Shown: positions 1-10,790 of the stretch, piece by piece
Position numbering within the stretch: the stretch's first letter is position 1
Layout of the letters: each line of letters starts with the position of its first letter
NCBI RefSeq assembly: GCF_030144855.1
Contig: NC_082728.1
Coordinates: 33,170,001-33,234,000 of the forward strand
Length of the DNA stretch: 64,000 bases
Origin: Hypanus sabinus
Taxonomy: Eukaryota
Direction: 5' to 3'
Notes under the pieces: model-generated
The model's database searches: none
The model's input: the letters and a program-made list of their open reading frames with translations, nothing else
Told to the model about the DNA's origin: nothing
Translations under genes and position numbers: made by a program

Positions 1-671
1 ACCTAAAGATTCCTGTACCGATTCCCTTACTGCAAATAAAAGTAAGTTTATACCCTCATTCATTTTCCACACAATATGTCCTAATCATATTCTTGAGGGT
101 AGAATGAAACCTCTCCAAGGCACCTTGCGATTCTGAATGGTATGCAGACGAAGTAATTTGCTTAGCTCCCAATTTATAAACTATCTGTTGAAACAATCCA
201 GACATAAAATTACTGCCTTGATCAGTTTGTATCTCTGTAGGTAATCCAAAATAAGTAAAAAAAAATTATAAGAGCCTTTGTCACAGTTTTAGCTTATATA
301 TTCCTAAGTGGTACTGCCTCTGGAAACCTAGACGAAGTACACATGATAGTCAACAAATACTGATAACCAGTTTTTGTCTTTGGTAATGGACCAACACAAT
401 CTACCATAACTTTAGAAAATGGTTCACCAAATTCTGGAATAGATTGTAATGGAGCTACTGGTGTAACCTGATTTGCTTTACCCACAATTTGACAAGTATG
501 GCACATTTTACAAAACATCGCCACATCTATTCTTAAACCAGGCCTGTAAAAATGTTTTAAAATCATGTCCACAGTTTTCCTTACCCCTTGATGTCCACCT
601 AAAGGCACACTATGAGCTAAAGTCAAAATCTCATTCTGATAAACTTTCGGGACAACTACCTGGTACCTCAC
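1..671 (-). pseudogene. Gypsy integrase remnant (zinc finger + catalytic core)
   Basis: ORF 294-671 has HHCC and VDCVGPLPKTKTGYQYLLTIMC; 1-293 continues as SSAYHSESQGALERFHSTLKNM after a disruption. Confidence 0.9.
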
Positions 672-1750
672 TTGCAGGAATTATAGGTGATCTCCACTTC
701 CTCATCAACACTCCTTTTTCCAAGTAATACCCTACTGGCACCTTCTCAATTTCACTACCTGGTAAAGCTTGCTCTCTTAATTTTATAATCTCAGGGTCTC
801 TATTCTGCTCTGCTATCATCTCCTTCCGAGACAGAGATAAATCTTCATAGTCAGACTTACTCCAAGAATCTTGTTCAAACAACGAAGATAAGAAAGTCTC
901 TGACACATCCTCAAAACTCAAATCCTGAGTTGAACAGTCATGAGTAACAACCTCATTCTGCGCATCAATCTTTTTAGCCATAGCTCTAGTCACAATACAG
1001 GAAGAATCTGTGTTAGAATTCAACTCTGGTTCCTCTGACTCCATTGAAAAATGCACTTCAGGAAAAACTTGTCCACCTGCCAAGTCATTACCTACCAATA
1101 AAGAAATACCCTTCACAGGTAAGTTATGCTGTAATCCTACTTAAACAAATCCTGTAACTAACCCTGATTTTAAATTTACTTTCTGTATATGTACAGGCAC
1201 AAAATCACTCCCAACACCTCTTATGTAATTTATGTCACCAGTATCAGACTCTTCATTAAACTTCAACACACTGTCTAACATCAGTGTTTGAGAAGCTCCA
1301 GTATCCCTAAGGATTTTTATTGGCACCAGAGTAGATCCTTCTTTCAAGGCTACAAACCCTTCAATTATAAAATGATCATATCCCTTCTAAACTGATCAGA
1401 CTCTAACAAAGCCTCATTTGTGTTTATCAAACCCTGTAACTTTACAGGTGCTTCAGTATGTTGCACACAAGCATCTGGAACTGCTTCCTTCTCCTTCTTT
1501 TTCAATCTGAAACAGTTAGCTATTACATGGCCAGGCTTCTTACAATAGTTACAAATAAGACCAAACTGTCTTTCCTTCACAGGCTTTCCTTCCTCCTTAA
1601 CTTTCTCATTATCTTCTGATTTACTTTCTGATTTACCTTGAGACTCCATGTTATTTTTCCACTTAAAAATTCTGCCTTGAGGAAATTTATTCTAATGGAT
1701 TAAAACATACTCATCAGCTAATCTAGCATAGTCCTGCAATTTACCAGTAT

Positions 1751-1965
1751 TGTGGCGACCCATTTCCTAGCGTATCCGAACCGACTCACAATTAGATAGC
1801 CTACGGGGGTTTGCGAGCACAGAGCTTTGGAGCCTCTGCGCCATGGGGGGCCGGTTGACAGAGGCTTAAAAGTGAGGCTGAAGTTTTCGAATAAAGTTTT
1901 TTCCTTCGACTGCAGTTACCGACTCCGTGTCGTAATTTTAGCACTGCGTGTAGCACACCGCTACA
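1751..1965 (+). mobile_element. Short solo LTR (215 bp) inserted in gag
   Basis: TGTGGCG...GCTACA ends, AATAAA near 1890, 4-bp TSD GTAT (1747-1750 / 1966-1969); empty site seen in the paralogous element near 29170. Confidence 0.88.
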
Positions 1966-2865
1966 GTATCCCTCTCATTTAAGTAGGTCCTTACTTCAAC
2001 AGGTATGCTTCTTTTAAATTCCTCCATTAAAATCAGCTCTCTCAATATATTATAGTCCCCATTTACATTTTTAGAAGAAACCCATCTCTCAAAACACACA
2101 GCTTTATCATAGGCAAACTCCACATAAGTTTTTTCCACTGACTTTTTCAAACTTATAAATCTTTACCTATACGCTTCTGGGACTAATTTGTATGCGTTTA
2201 GAATATGCATTTTCACAATATCATAATCAAGTGGTTGCGCGGCAGTTAAAGCTGTGTAAACTTGTTGTGCTTTGCCTTTAATTACGCTCTGTAACAACAC
2301 TGACCATTTATCTTTCGGCCTCTCTGACATCCAAGCAACAGTTTCAAAATATTGAAAATATCTTTGCACTTCTGTTTCACTAAATGGAGGGACCAATTTA
2401 ATTTCTTGACTAGCAACAAACGGTTTTTTAGAACCAGAAGGCTGATTCCCAGACTTTAATTCCTCCATTGCTTATGCAAATTCTCTCTGCTTTTGTTCCA
2501 TCTCCAATTTACACTTCTCCAATTTCATTTGTTCGATTTGCAACTGCATCTCCAGATTACTTATTGGAAACGACTCTAAAATCGATTCATCAAAAACACC
2601 CGAGACCACATAGTGTGACGCGATTTTTCTCTGTATTACAGCCTTAGATGTAGTCTGCAAAATACCTTTAAGTTGCAATCTACTAGCTATCTCAAACACT
2701 TCAGTTTTTTTCGCCTTCGCCAACACCTCCGCAGCTGGCGAAGCCAGAAACTCATCAATATTCATTGCTGCCGAATACCACAACAAGCCAAACAAAAGAA
2801 CCGAGTAATCCCCGTTTCCAAAACACCGATTTAAAAGTTAGCAAGCATTTAAACTCAAATGATTC

Positions 2866-2884
2866 AATCCAGACGCAGCCCCCA
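2866..2884 (-). other. Primer-binding site, tRNA-Pro-like
   Basis: Minus strand TGGGGGCTGCGTCTGGATT next to the LTR resembles the tRNA-Pro PBS TGGGGGCTCGTCCGGGAT; similar motif near 30097-30115. Confidence 0.75.
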
Positions 2885-2891
2885 TATTTAA

Positions 2892-3752
2892 TGTTACGTA
2901 TTCAAGCAACAATAAATATATGAGTTCGGCAAGGGTTTCTTATAACAAACAACACATTTATTAAACACCGAAAACAAACCCCCCCAAAAGTAAACAATCA
3001 CTACCGTAACCGAAAACAGCTGCTGAGCGGCAGCCCAAACAGTTCTTAAAGTGATATTCCAAAAACGGTTCTTTAAAAGTGATATTGCAAAAACAGTTCT
3101 TAAAAGTGGTATTGCCAAAAGTTCGATATGCTTACAGTCCATTTAAAAGGAGAGACTTTATAGGATGATTTAGGTTCTCTTTCACGTCGCTTGCTCCGAT
3201 CCCCGACGTCGAACTTCCCATGAAGAATTTACGAAACAGAACGGCTTAAAGGCACTGACCTTTCCTTCTCCACTACCTTCTATCCTTTCTAGTTAAACCT
3301 AGGGATTAACACGAAGATAGTCAACGAAATCCTTCCAAATAAGGATCAACAAAGGTTTCACCGTAGAAAGCGATTCTCCTCGATCTTTAACTTCCAACTT
3401 CCAATCTTCACTCTCCACTAATTGTAAACTAATAGGATCGTAAAGAACCTGCTGGCAATGACCTCTTAAACTTTAGGCATTAAATAAAAACTTCATCCTT
3501 CAACTAAACTGCGTCATCACTTAAAACACGCAGCGGCATGAAGTCAACCTGGCAAATCCAGCCACGAACTGCCCCTCCCCACAGGGTGGGGTCTACCTTT
3601 TATAACCTGAAACAAAAACCCATCACATGATCTTTACTGGCGGGAAAATGATGTCATTCCACCATCACAAGACCATCACCTCAAGACCAGTACAGCTTCA
3701 ACCCCAGTCACATGACAAGGGCACCACTGTCATGTGTCACGAGTACGTAACA
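2892..3752 (-). repeat. 5' LTR of Gmr1-like element (family 1)
   Basis: 9-bp terminal inverted repeat TGTTACGTA...TACGTAACA; homologous partial copies at 26566 and 30121; minus-strand AATAAA at 2957-2962. Confidence 0.93.
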
Positions 3753-3949
3753 CATGCTTCCCAACTTTCTTCCTCTTTCCAGCTTCAGATCTTGTCCTCA
3801 TATCCACAGTTTCTACACATCTCTAGTCACAGCCATTAGGGTCTTCTATTTCCTCTCCTCACCACATTATTTGATCATTATCATATTGACGTGCAGATGT
3901 GCCTGCTTTATTCAAGACAACGGCCACATACTCCAAGTTGCAATGTTGA

Positions 3950-4020
3950 TTAAATGGCAGTAGTGAGTAGCAGTGAATAAATACATGTGTTTCTTTTCAT
4001 TGAATCACTGATTGAAATTG
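3950..4020 (-). pseudogene. Gene A putative stalk/TM exon with early stop (AISISDSMKRNTCIYSLLLTTAI*)
   Basis: Acceptor gctgtag, phase 1 fits; KRNT before a hydrophobic run mirrors KRKT before the TM in gene B. Confidence 0.5.
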
Positions 4021-4124
4021 CTACAGCATACATGGAGGCATTGTATTTTATAAACAGCCAATTCACAATAGAGGCTCGGAAGTTGCAGAGCTTGCATTTA
4101 ATGATAAATAAGATTCAAAGTTAC

Positions 4125-4375
4125 CTTTAGATATACAATCATTTCCAATGCAAACAGAACAAGTATAGTTTATAGAGCACCAGTCATCAACTACTGGAAT
4201 GCAGCTGGTGATGTTGTACAATACACCAAGTCGCACATTGTCAACACTGTTCGGCAAGATGGTTTCATTTTCAGTCTTCCAATAAGTTGTGCCAGTGGAT
4301 ATTCTATTGCTGTGCACACAAGAAATGTTTTGCAATTTTCTTCTTTTTTGCTGATGTGTAGCCCAGTATATGGAG
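4125..4375 (-). pseudogene. Gene A IgC exon (frameshifted)
   Basis: Frame 1 APYTGLHISKKEENCKTFLVCTAIEYPLAQL joins frame 2 WKTENETILPNSVDNVRLGVLYNITSCIPVVDDWCSINYTCSVCIGNDCISK at about 4281-4287; donor AAAG|GTAACT. Confidence 0.88.
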
Positions 4376-4545
4376 ATGAAAGACATGCTTACACCTTTAG
4401 CCATGTGACCATAGCATTGGATGCACAATGTCTAATAGCACTAATATCCATATTAACATTATGAATGCTATTTTCCAGCATTCTTGATAGAACAGCTTAC
4501 ATTCATATAATTCCCTGCATAATTCAAATCTGAAACTATCTGCCC

Positions 4546-4761
4546 TGCCACGGACTCCCAAGACCCTGCCATGCCACAGACTCTGGGATCCAGCCGAGCC
4601 ATGGACTCTCTCTGAAACCCAGGATTACCTAGCATGCCCCGTCTCTTTCGCACGCTCTGGTCTCCCCAACTGGTTCTATCCTTTAATTATTCCTGTCCTG
4701 CCCCTAGTACTTCAGTGCCTGCGTCCTGCACTTGGGTCTAGCCTCCTGTCCCCATGTGACA
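4546..4761. mobile_element. Short solo-LTR/MITE-like insertion in gene A intron
   Basis: GC-richer block with TGCCAC...GTGACA near-inverted ends in AT-rich intron; no clear TSD. Confidence 0.45.
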
Positions 4762-5051
4762 AGAAATCATTTATTTTATTCATGCACATTTATTCAGTGT
4801 TTAATGGAAAGGAGCTTCACTCAAGTTGGTAGAATTCAAAACAATTTGTTGCAGTGATATGACTCCTAATGATGATATAAATTCAGCCATTCTTCCCTGT
4901 CTAAATATAGCTATCAATATTGCATATGTCAGACTAACTCACAAATCGAGGCACTTCGAGAGATACAGTATTAACTGCAATTTTTTACCAACTAGATGTA
5001 ACCAATATTCATAAAGAAAATTAAAAGCAGAGAAAATACAATATTACCCAC

Positions 5052-5375
5052 CTCTAACTATCAAATCGATGGATTTCCAGGCATGTCCATAATATGTTTC
5101 CACAAAGAATTGATATGTTCCATTATCGGATGCTTCTATTTTCTGGATTATCAGGGACATATTCTGTGAATCTTGATGTAATTTAATTCGACCCTGAACT
5201 CCAGTGTCATTTTCATTTGAGTTAAATTTATATACGATTTTATCATTCGATCCATTTTCATGTAGTTTTGCTAGAGTGAGTGTTTTTATCCCTGCTGCTT
5301 CCATACTGCAAGGTAGTTTGGCGTCCTCGTTAAATATTCCTATTACTGACTCCACACAATCCAGCTTCACAAACG
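5052..5375 (-). CDS. Gene A IgV exon (open, atypical Cys pattern)
   Basis: ttttctag|CG...AGAG|GTGGGT, 324 nt phase 1-1; FVKLDCVESVIGIFNEDAKLPC...RIKL...NMSLIIQKIEASDNGTYQFFVE...IDLIVR. Confidence 0.92.
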
Positions 5376-5462
5376 CTAGAAAATTAATTTCCAATAACTT
5401 CAGTCACAAATTTAACAATCAATGTTGAATGAGCTATTTATTGAAAGGCTTTCAGTACTTAC

Positions 5463-5532
5463 GTTCCGCATAGTGCATGCTCAGGTACACGATCAAATAA
5501 AAACAGTTCAAACATAACCCCATTTCTGTCAT
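5463..5532 (-). CDS. Gene A signal-peptide exon (MTEMGLCLNCFYLIVYLSMHYAE)
   Basis: Acceptor atctgcag at 5542, ATG at 5532, consensus donor C|GTAAGT, 87-nt intron to IgV. Confidence 0.88.
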
Positions 5533-6039
5533 TTGATTCACCTGCAGATAATACAGATAAACAGTTAAAATCACAGGAATCTTATAAAATCCATTCCACT
5601 TCTGTATCATAATGTCAGTATTGTCTGAAATTTACTTGTACTTTGGTCATGAAAATGAAAGTGAATAGTATTTCATGTTTCAAAAATATATTAAATAGAT
5701 CAAGTACAATAATTTAACAGTATAATCACCACTCCTCTACATAATCTTAGTGCCTCTTTTACATGATGTTCCTTCTGCAGGTGTCTCTATGAGACGTTTC
5801 CCTTGTGGCTTGGGAAAATGCTATGTCCAGCAGAAGTGGACAGAGAACATATAATTGTAAAGTTCACCATCTCAGCCAGAGCAGCAATATTCATGGCTGG
5901 CTGAACTACAGGCAGCAGTGAGGTGGAGTAAAGTAGATGTGGCTAAGAACCATGGCTAAATTCCTGGAGAGTGAATACAGACTCCTCTACATAATAATTT
6001 AAAACTGATGATATGCTGATTTTTCTTCTGAAAAGTAGT

Positions 6040-8170
6040 GGAATACAAGGCTTGATCAGAAAAAAAGAAGCATATGGCAGGTATAGGCGTCTACGATCAA
6101 AAGGGACATTTGAGGAATATAGAAGATTTATGAGAGTATGTAAAAAGAAATTAAGAGGACAATAATGAGGCTATGAAATATTTTTAGCAAATAAGATTAA
6201 ACAGAATCTTAAGCCCTTCTATAAGTCAGAAGTAACAAGAGGATAGGTAGGGTCCAAATGGTAATTCATGCATGCAACCAAGAGCGCAGTATTCTAAATA
6301 AATACTTACCGTCTTTGTTCACCAAGGACAAGGATGTGGAGCCCAGCAAGTTTGAGGAGAGATAAGTTGCTTGGGAGCATATAGGTATTAAAAATGTGGA
6401 GGTGTTGACTTCCTTGAAACGTGTGGTAAACTATGTATGTCTGTCTGGACACACCCCTCTGCTGACTGCTCCTGTGGCTCCTCCGACAGACCCCTGTATA
6501 AAGGTGACGGGGCACTGCTCCTCCCTCAGTCTTCAACATGGTCGTGCTGCCTTTTCGCTGTTAATAGAAGCCTATCATTCACTTCCAGGCTTCTAGAGTT
6601 ATTGATGGTGCATCAACATGTAAGGGTGGATAAACCTCCAGGACCATATGAGATCTATCTCAGAATGCTTTGAGAAATAAAGGACAAGATTTCTGGGGCA
6701 CAGATGGAGATTTTGGCATCTCTATTATCCATAGGCTCGATATCAGAAGATTTATGTATAGTTTACACTGTTCCTTTGTTTAAGAAGTGTAGAGATAAGT
6801 CAGATAGCTACAAGTCAGTGGTAGGGAAATTACTGGAGAAAATACTGGCACAGCATTTATATACAGTTGAAGAAGCAGGGACTGGTTAGAAATACTCACC
6901 ATGGCATCGTGATGAGGTAAAAACTGTCCTAGTAATTTGATTGGATTCAAAATTGGTGAAATGGAACAACACAGAGTGGAGTGATGGGAGCATGTTTTTC
7001 TGACTGGATGTTTGTGGCCATAAAGATATCATCGGTATCTGTGTTGGAAGCTTTGCTTGTAGTCCATATCATTGACTTGTTTGTGAACATACGAGGTATG
7101 GTTTGTAAGGTTGCAGATGACATTAAAATTGACAGTGTTGTGTGTAGCAAGGAGGTCACCTAAGCCTACAGAAGGATATAGTTCAGGTGGAATGTTGGGG
7201 TAGAGCATTGGAAAATGGAATTTAATCCCAGACAGTGCAAGGTGATACACTTTGGGAAGTGACATGTTGACAGGATATATGCAGTAAACAGTGAACTGAG
7301 TGAACAGAGAGAGTTGGGGATACAAGAGGAGATAGATAATAGGCATAGATAAGATAGACACTCATTTTTTTTCCCAGGATAGCAATGTCAAGTACTGGAG
7401 AAAGTGCATTTAATTTGAGAAAGGGAAGGTTTAAAGGAGATGAGCTAGCCATTTTTTTTTAACAAAGATTATAGAAAGTGCCTGGACCGAACTGCCTGGG
7501 TTCATAGCAGAAGAAGATATGGTAATGGTGTTTAAGAATTCGTTAGATAGGCACATGGATATGTGGGCAATAAAGAGATATGGGTTATATACAAACATGC
7601 TCACAGGTTTAGTTTATTTCAGCCAGCAGATATCATGGGCTGACAGTCCTGCTCCCATGCTGTACTGTTCTTTGCTTTGTGTAAGAGTGAATACTTGATG
7701 TTGCAACTGGACAGAAGACTGGTTAAGCCACACTTGGAATATTGTGTGCAGTTATTTTCACCACAGTGCTGGAAAGATGTGACTACATTGGGAAGAGTGC
7801 AAAAGAGATTTATCAGAACGTTGTCTGGGTTGGAGGACTTCAGTTTGGGGACAGACTCAATAGATTGGTCTTTTACCCCTAGAGGAAAGGAGGCTAAAGG
7901 ATGAGCTTTTTTGCATGAGGGTGTAGGATTAAGATAAGGAGAACAGTTTTAAAAAAATGTTTCTCTTACATTGAGAGTGGTTGATATTTTCTTGCCAGAA
8001 AAGATGGTGCAATCAGATACACTTACTACACTTAGCATACATGTAAACAGACGAGGCAAAGAAGGATACAGTAATGATGCAGACAAATGGAATAAGTTCT
8101 GTTGAATAAATAGATGAGCATCGACATGTTGGCTGAAAGGCAATTTTCTGTACTGTACAACTCTATGACT
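6040..8170 (+). mobile_element. Several old CR1-clade LINE fragments
   Basis: Degenerate ORF2 motifs (VDKPPGP, CKVADDIKI, LVKPHLEYCVQ) and CR1-type 3' tails. Confidence 0.75.
6422..6615 (+). mobile_element. Short solo LTR inserted in CR1 fragment
   Basis: TGTGGT...GCATCA ends, TATA-like TATAAAG; CR1 sequence resumes on both sides. Confidence 0.65.
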
Positions 8171-8269
8171 CCATGTCAGCAGAACTGAAATTATCTTACA
8201 GTTATACAAACTTGTGTTCAGAATGAACAAATAATTGCATTCATTGCAGGGTACCACAATTTAGTAATC

Positions 8270-9620
8270 AAATATTGTCTTTGAAGGTGGGGTGCTGGGG
8301 TGGTGGGGTAAGTGGCTATATAACATGTGATACCAGTCTCTATCACCTTATTAAAATTCCTCTGAGTATTGATAATTAAGTGGAGATTTAATAGAAGTAT
8401 TTATTCCTCTCCAACAAAACCCTCCTCCAGATATCAACCCTTGTACCAATTCCTCTATCTGGGGCAGGGAGACCAGAATTATACATAATATTTCAGTGCA
8501 CTTCCTCAGGGCCCTTAGTAATTGCAATGAGATAGATGTATCCCTGAATTACAAAGAAACCACAGCTGTGGCTCTACTTCCTGAGGAGTTTTGTGAAGAT
8601 TCAGCATGACATCTAAAACTTTGTCAAACATCGAGAGATGTGTGATCGATGGTATGTGGACTGGCTGCAGCACAGCCTATATGGAACATCAATGCCTTGG
8701 AATGGAAAATCCTATGAAGAATAATGGATATACCCCAGTACCTCATGGGGAAAGCCCTGCCAACCACTGAGCACATCTACATGGAGCATTGTTGCAGGAA
8801 AGTAGCATCCATCATCATGGATCCCCACCACCCGGGTCATGCACACTTCTCTCTGCTGCCATAGGGAAGGAGGTACAGGAGCCTTAAGACTCACAGCAGC
8901 AAGTTCAGGAACAGTTATCACCATTGTTGTATTAAGCTATTGACCCAAAGAGGATACCTTAACTCAACTTCACTTGGTCCATCACTGAAATCTTCCCACA
9001 ACCTATGGGTTCACCTTCAAGGACTCTTCATCTCAAGTTCTTGATATTTTTTGCTTATTTATATATTATTATTAATTATTTAGAAAAATAGAAAACCTAT
9101 AGCACAATACAGGCTCTTCGGCCCACAAAGTTGTGCCGAACATGTCCCTACCTTAGAAATTACTTGACTTACCTACAGCCCTCTATTTTACTCAGCTCCA
9201 TGTACTTACCTAAAAGTCTCTTAAAGGACCCTATCATATCTGCTTCCACCACCGTTGCTGGCAGCCCATTCCATTCACTATTCTCTGAGTAAAAAAAACT
9301 TACCCCTGACATCTCCTCTGTACCTACTCCCCAGCATCTTAAACCTGTGTCCTCTTGAGGCAACCATTTCAGCCCTGGGAAAAAGCCTCTGACTATTCAC
9401 ACGATCAATGCCTCTCACCATCTTGTACAGCTCTATCAGGTCACCTCTCATCCTCCTTCACTCCAAGGAGAAAAGGCCGAGTTCATTCAACCTTTTCTCA
9501 TAGGGTAATCTCCCTAATCCAGGCAACGTCCTTGTATACCTCCGTTGTACCCTTTCTATGGCTTCCACATCCTTCCTGTAGTGAGGCGACCAGAACTGAG
9601 CAGAGTATTCCAAGTGGGGT
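8270..9620 (+). repeat. Local duplication, copy 1 (copy 2 at about 12730-14283)
   Basis: Colinear match of unique sequence + Rex1 fragment + minus-strand CR1 3' end, roughly 90% identical by eye. Confidence 0.9.
8590..9050 (+). mobile_element. Rex1/Babar-like LINE 3' fragment
   Basis: Duplicate at 13400-13723 reads IMGKALPTTEHIYMEHCCRKLASIIRDPHHPGYAPFSLLPSGRRHRSL, typical Rex1 C-terminus. Confidence 0.8.
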
Positions 9621-10790
9621 CTGACCAGGGTCCTATATATCTGCAACATTACCTCTCGGCAACTAAATTCAATTCCATGATAGATGAAGGCCAATACATC
9701 AAATGCCTTCTTAACCATAGATTTAACCTGCGCAGCTGCTTTGAGTGTCCTATGGACTCTGACCCCCAGATCCCTCTGATTCTCCACACAACGAGAGTCC
9801 TACCATTAATACTAAATTCTGCCATCATATTTGCTCTACCAAATTGATCCACTTCACACTTATCTGGGTTGAACTCTATCTGCCGTTTCTCAGCCCAGTT
9901 TTGCATCCTATCAATGTCCTGCTGTAACCTCTGACAGCCCTCCACACTATCCACAACACCTCCAACCTTTGTGTCATCAGCATACTTACTAACCCATCCC
10001 TCCACTTCTTCAGCCTGGTCATTTATAAAAATCATGAAGACTAGGGGACCCAGAACAGATACCCGAGGCTCTCCACTGGTGATGGACCTCCAAGCAGAAT
10101 ATGACCCGTCCACAACCACAGTTTGCCTTCTGTGGATAAACGAGTTCTGGATCCACAGAGCATTGTACCCTTTGATCTGATGCCTCCTTACTTTCTCATT
10201 AAGTCTTTCATGGGGTACCTTATCAAATACCTTGCTGAAATTCATATACACTACATCTACGGCTCTTCCTTCATCAGTGTGTTTAGTCAAATCCTCAAAA
10301 AATTCAATCAGGCTCATAAGGCTCGACCTGTCCTTGACAAAGCCATGCTGAGTATTCCTAATTATATTATACATCTCCAAATGTTCATAAATCCTGTCTC
10401 TCAGGATCTTCTGCAAAAACTTAATCAACCACTGAGGTAAGACTCACTGGTCTATAATTTTCTGAGCTATCTCTTGAATAGCCGTTCTTGAATAAAGGAA
10501 CAACATCTGCAACCCTCCAACCCTCCAGAACCTCTCCCATCCCCATTGATGATGCAAAGATCATCGCCAGAGACTCAGCAATCTCCTCCGTCGACTCTCC
10601 AAATAGCCTGGAGTACATTTCATCCGGTCTCGGCAACTTATCCAACTTGATGCTTTCCAAAAGCTCCAGCGCATCCTCTTTCTTAATATCTACATGCTCA
10701 AGCTTTTCAGTCTGCTGCAAGTCATCACTACAATCACTAAGATCCTTTTCCATAGTGAATACTGAAGTAAGTTATTCATTAAATATCTCT
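9085..10790 (-). mobile_element. CR1-clade LINE, 5'-truncated (RT + 3' tail)
   Basis: ORFs with QHGF, YMNFSKVFDKVPH, KYADD, LVRPHLEYSAQFWSPH. Confidence 0.93.

Larger units (their letters stand above)
1..3752 (-). mobile_element. Gmr1-like Ty3/Gypsy LTR retrotransposon, 5' part (LTR-PBS-gag-PR-INT), decayed; continues past window start
   Basis: LTR 2892-3752, tRNA-Pro-like PBS, gag with SCAN-like segment (LRELILMEEFK), CCHC knuckle CNYCKKPGHVIANC, protease ILRDTGASQ, then integrase HHCC (AHSVPLGGHQG..CHTC) and core (VDCVGPLP, ESQGALERFH) directly after PR. Confidence 0.93.
3950..5541 (-). pseudogene. B7-family IgSF gene A (leader-IgV-IgC-truncated TM), probably disabled or soluble/alternative form
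   Basis: Phase-1 exons: leader 5463-5541, IgV 5052-5375, IgC 4125-4375 (acceptor CAT instead of CAG; 251 nt, 1 nt short), putative TM exon 3950-4020 ending in TAA; paralogous to gene B. Confidence 0.8.

Noticed and set aside
1938-2468. SCAN-domain host gene
   Set aside because: Lies within gag of an LTR element between PBS and protease
4063-4428. Supplied ORF taken at face value as the IgC exon
   Set aside because: Its N-half is out of frame relative to the B7 APY...C...YP motif; only the C-half is ancestral
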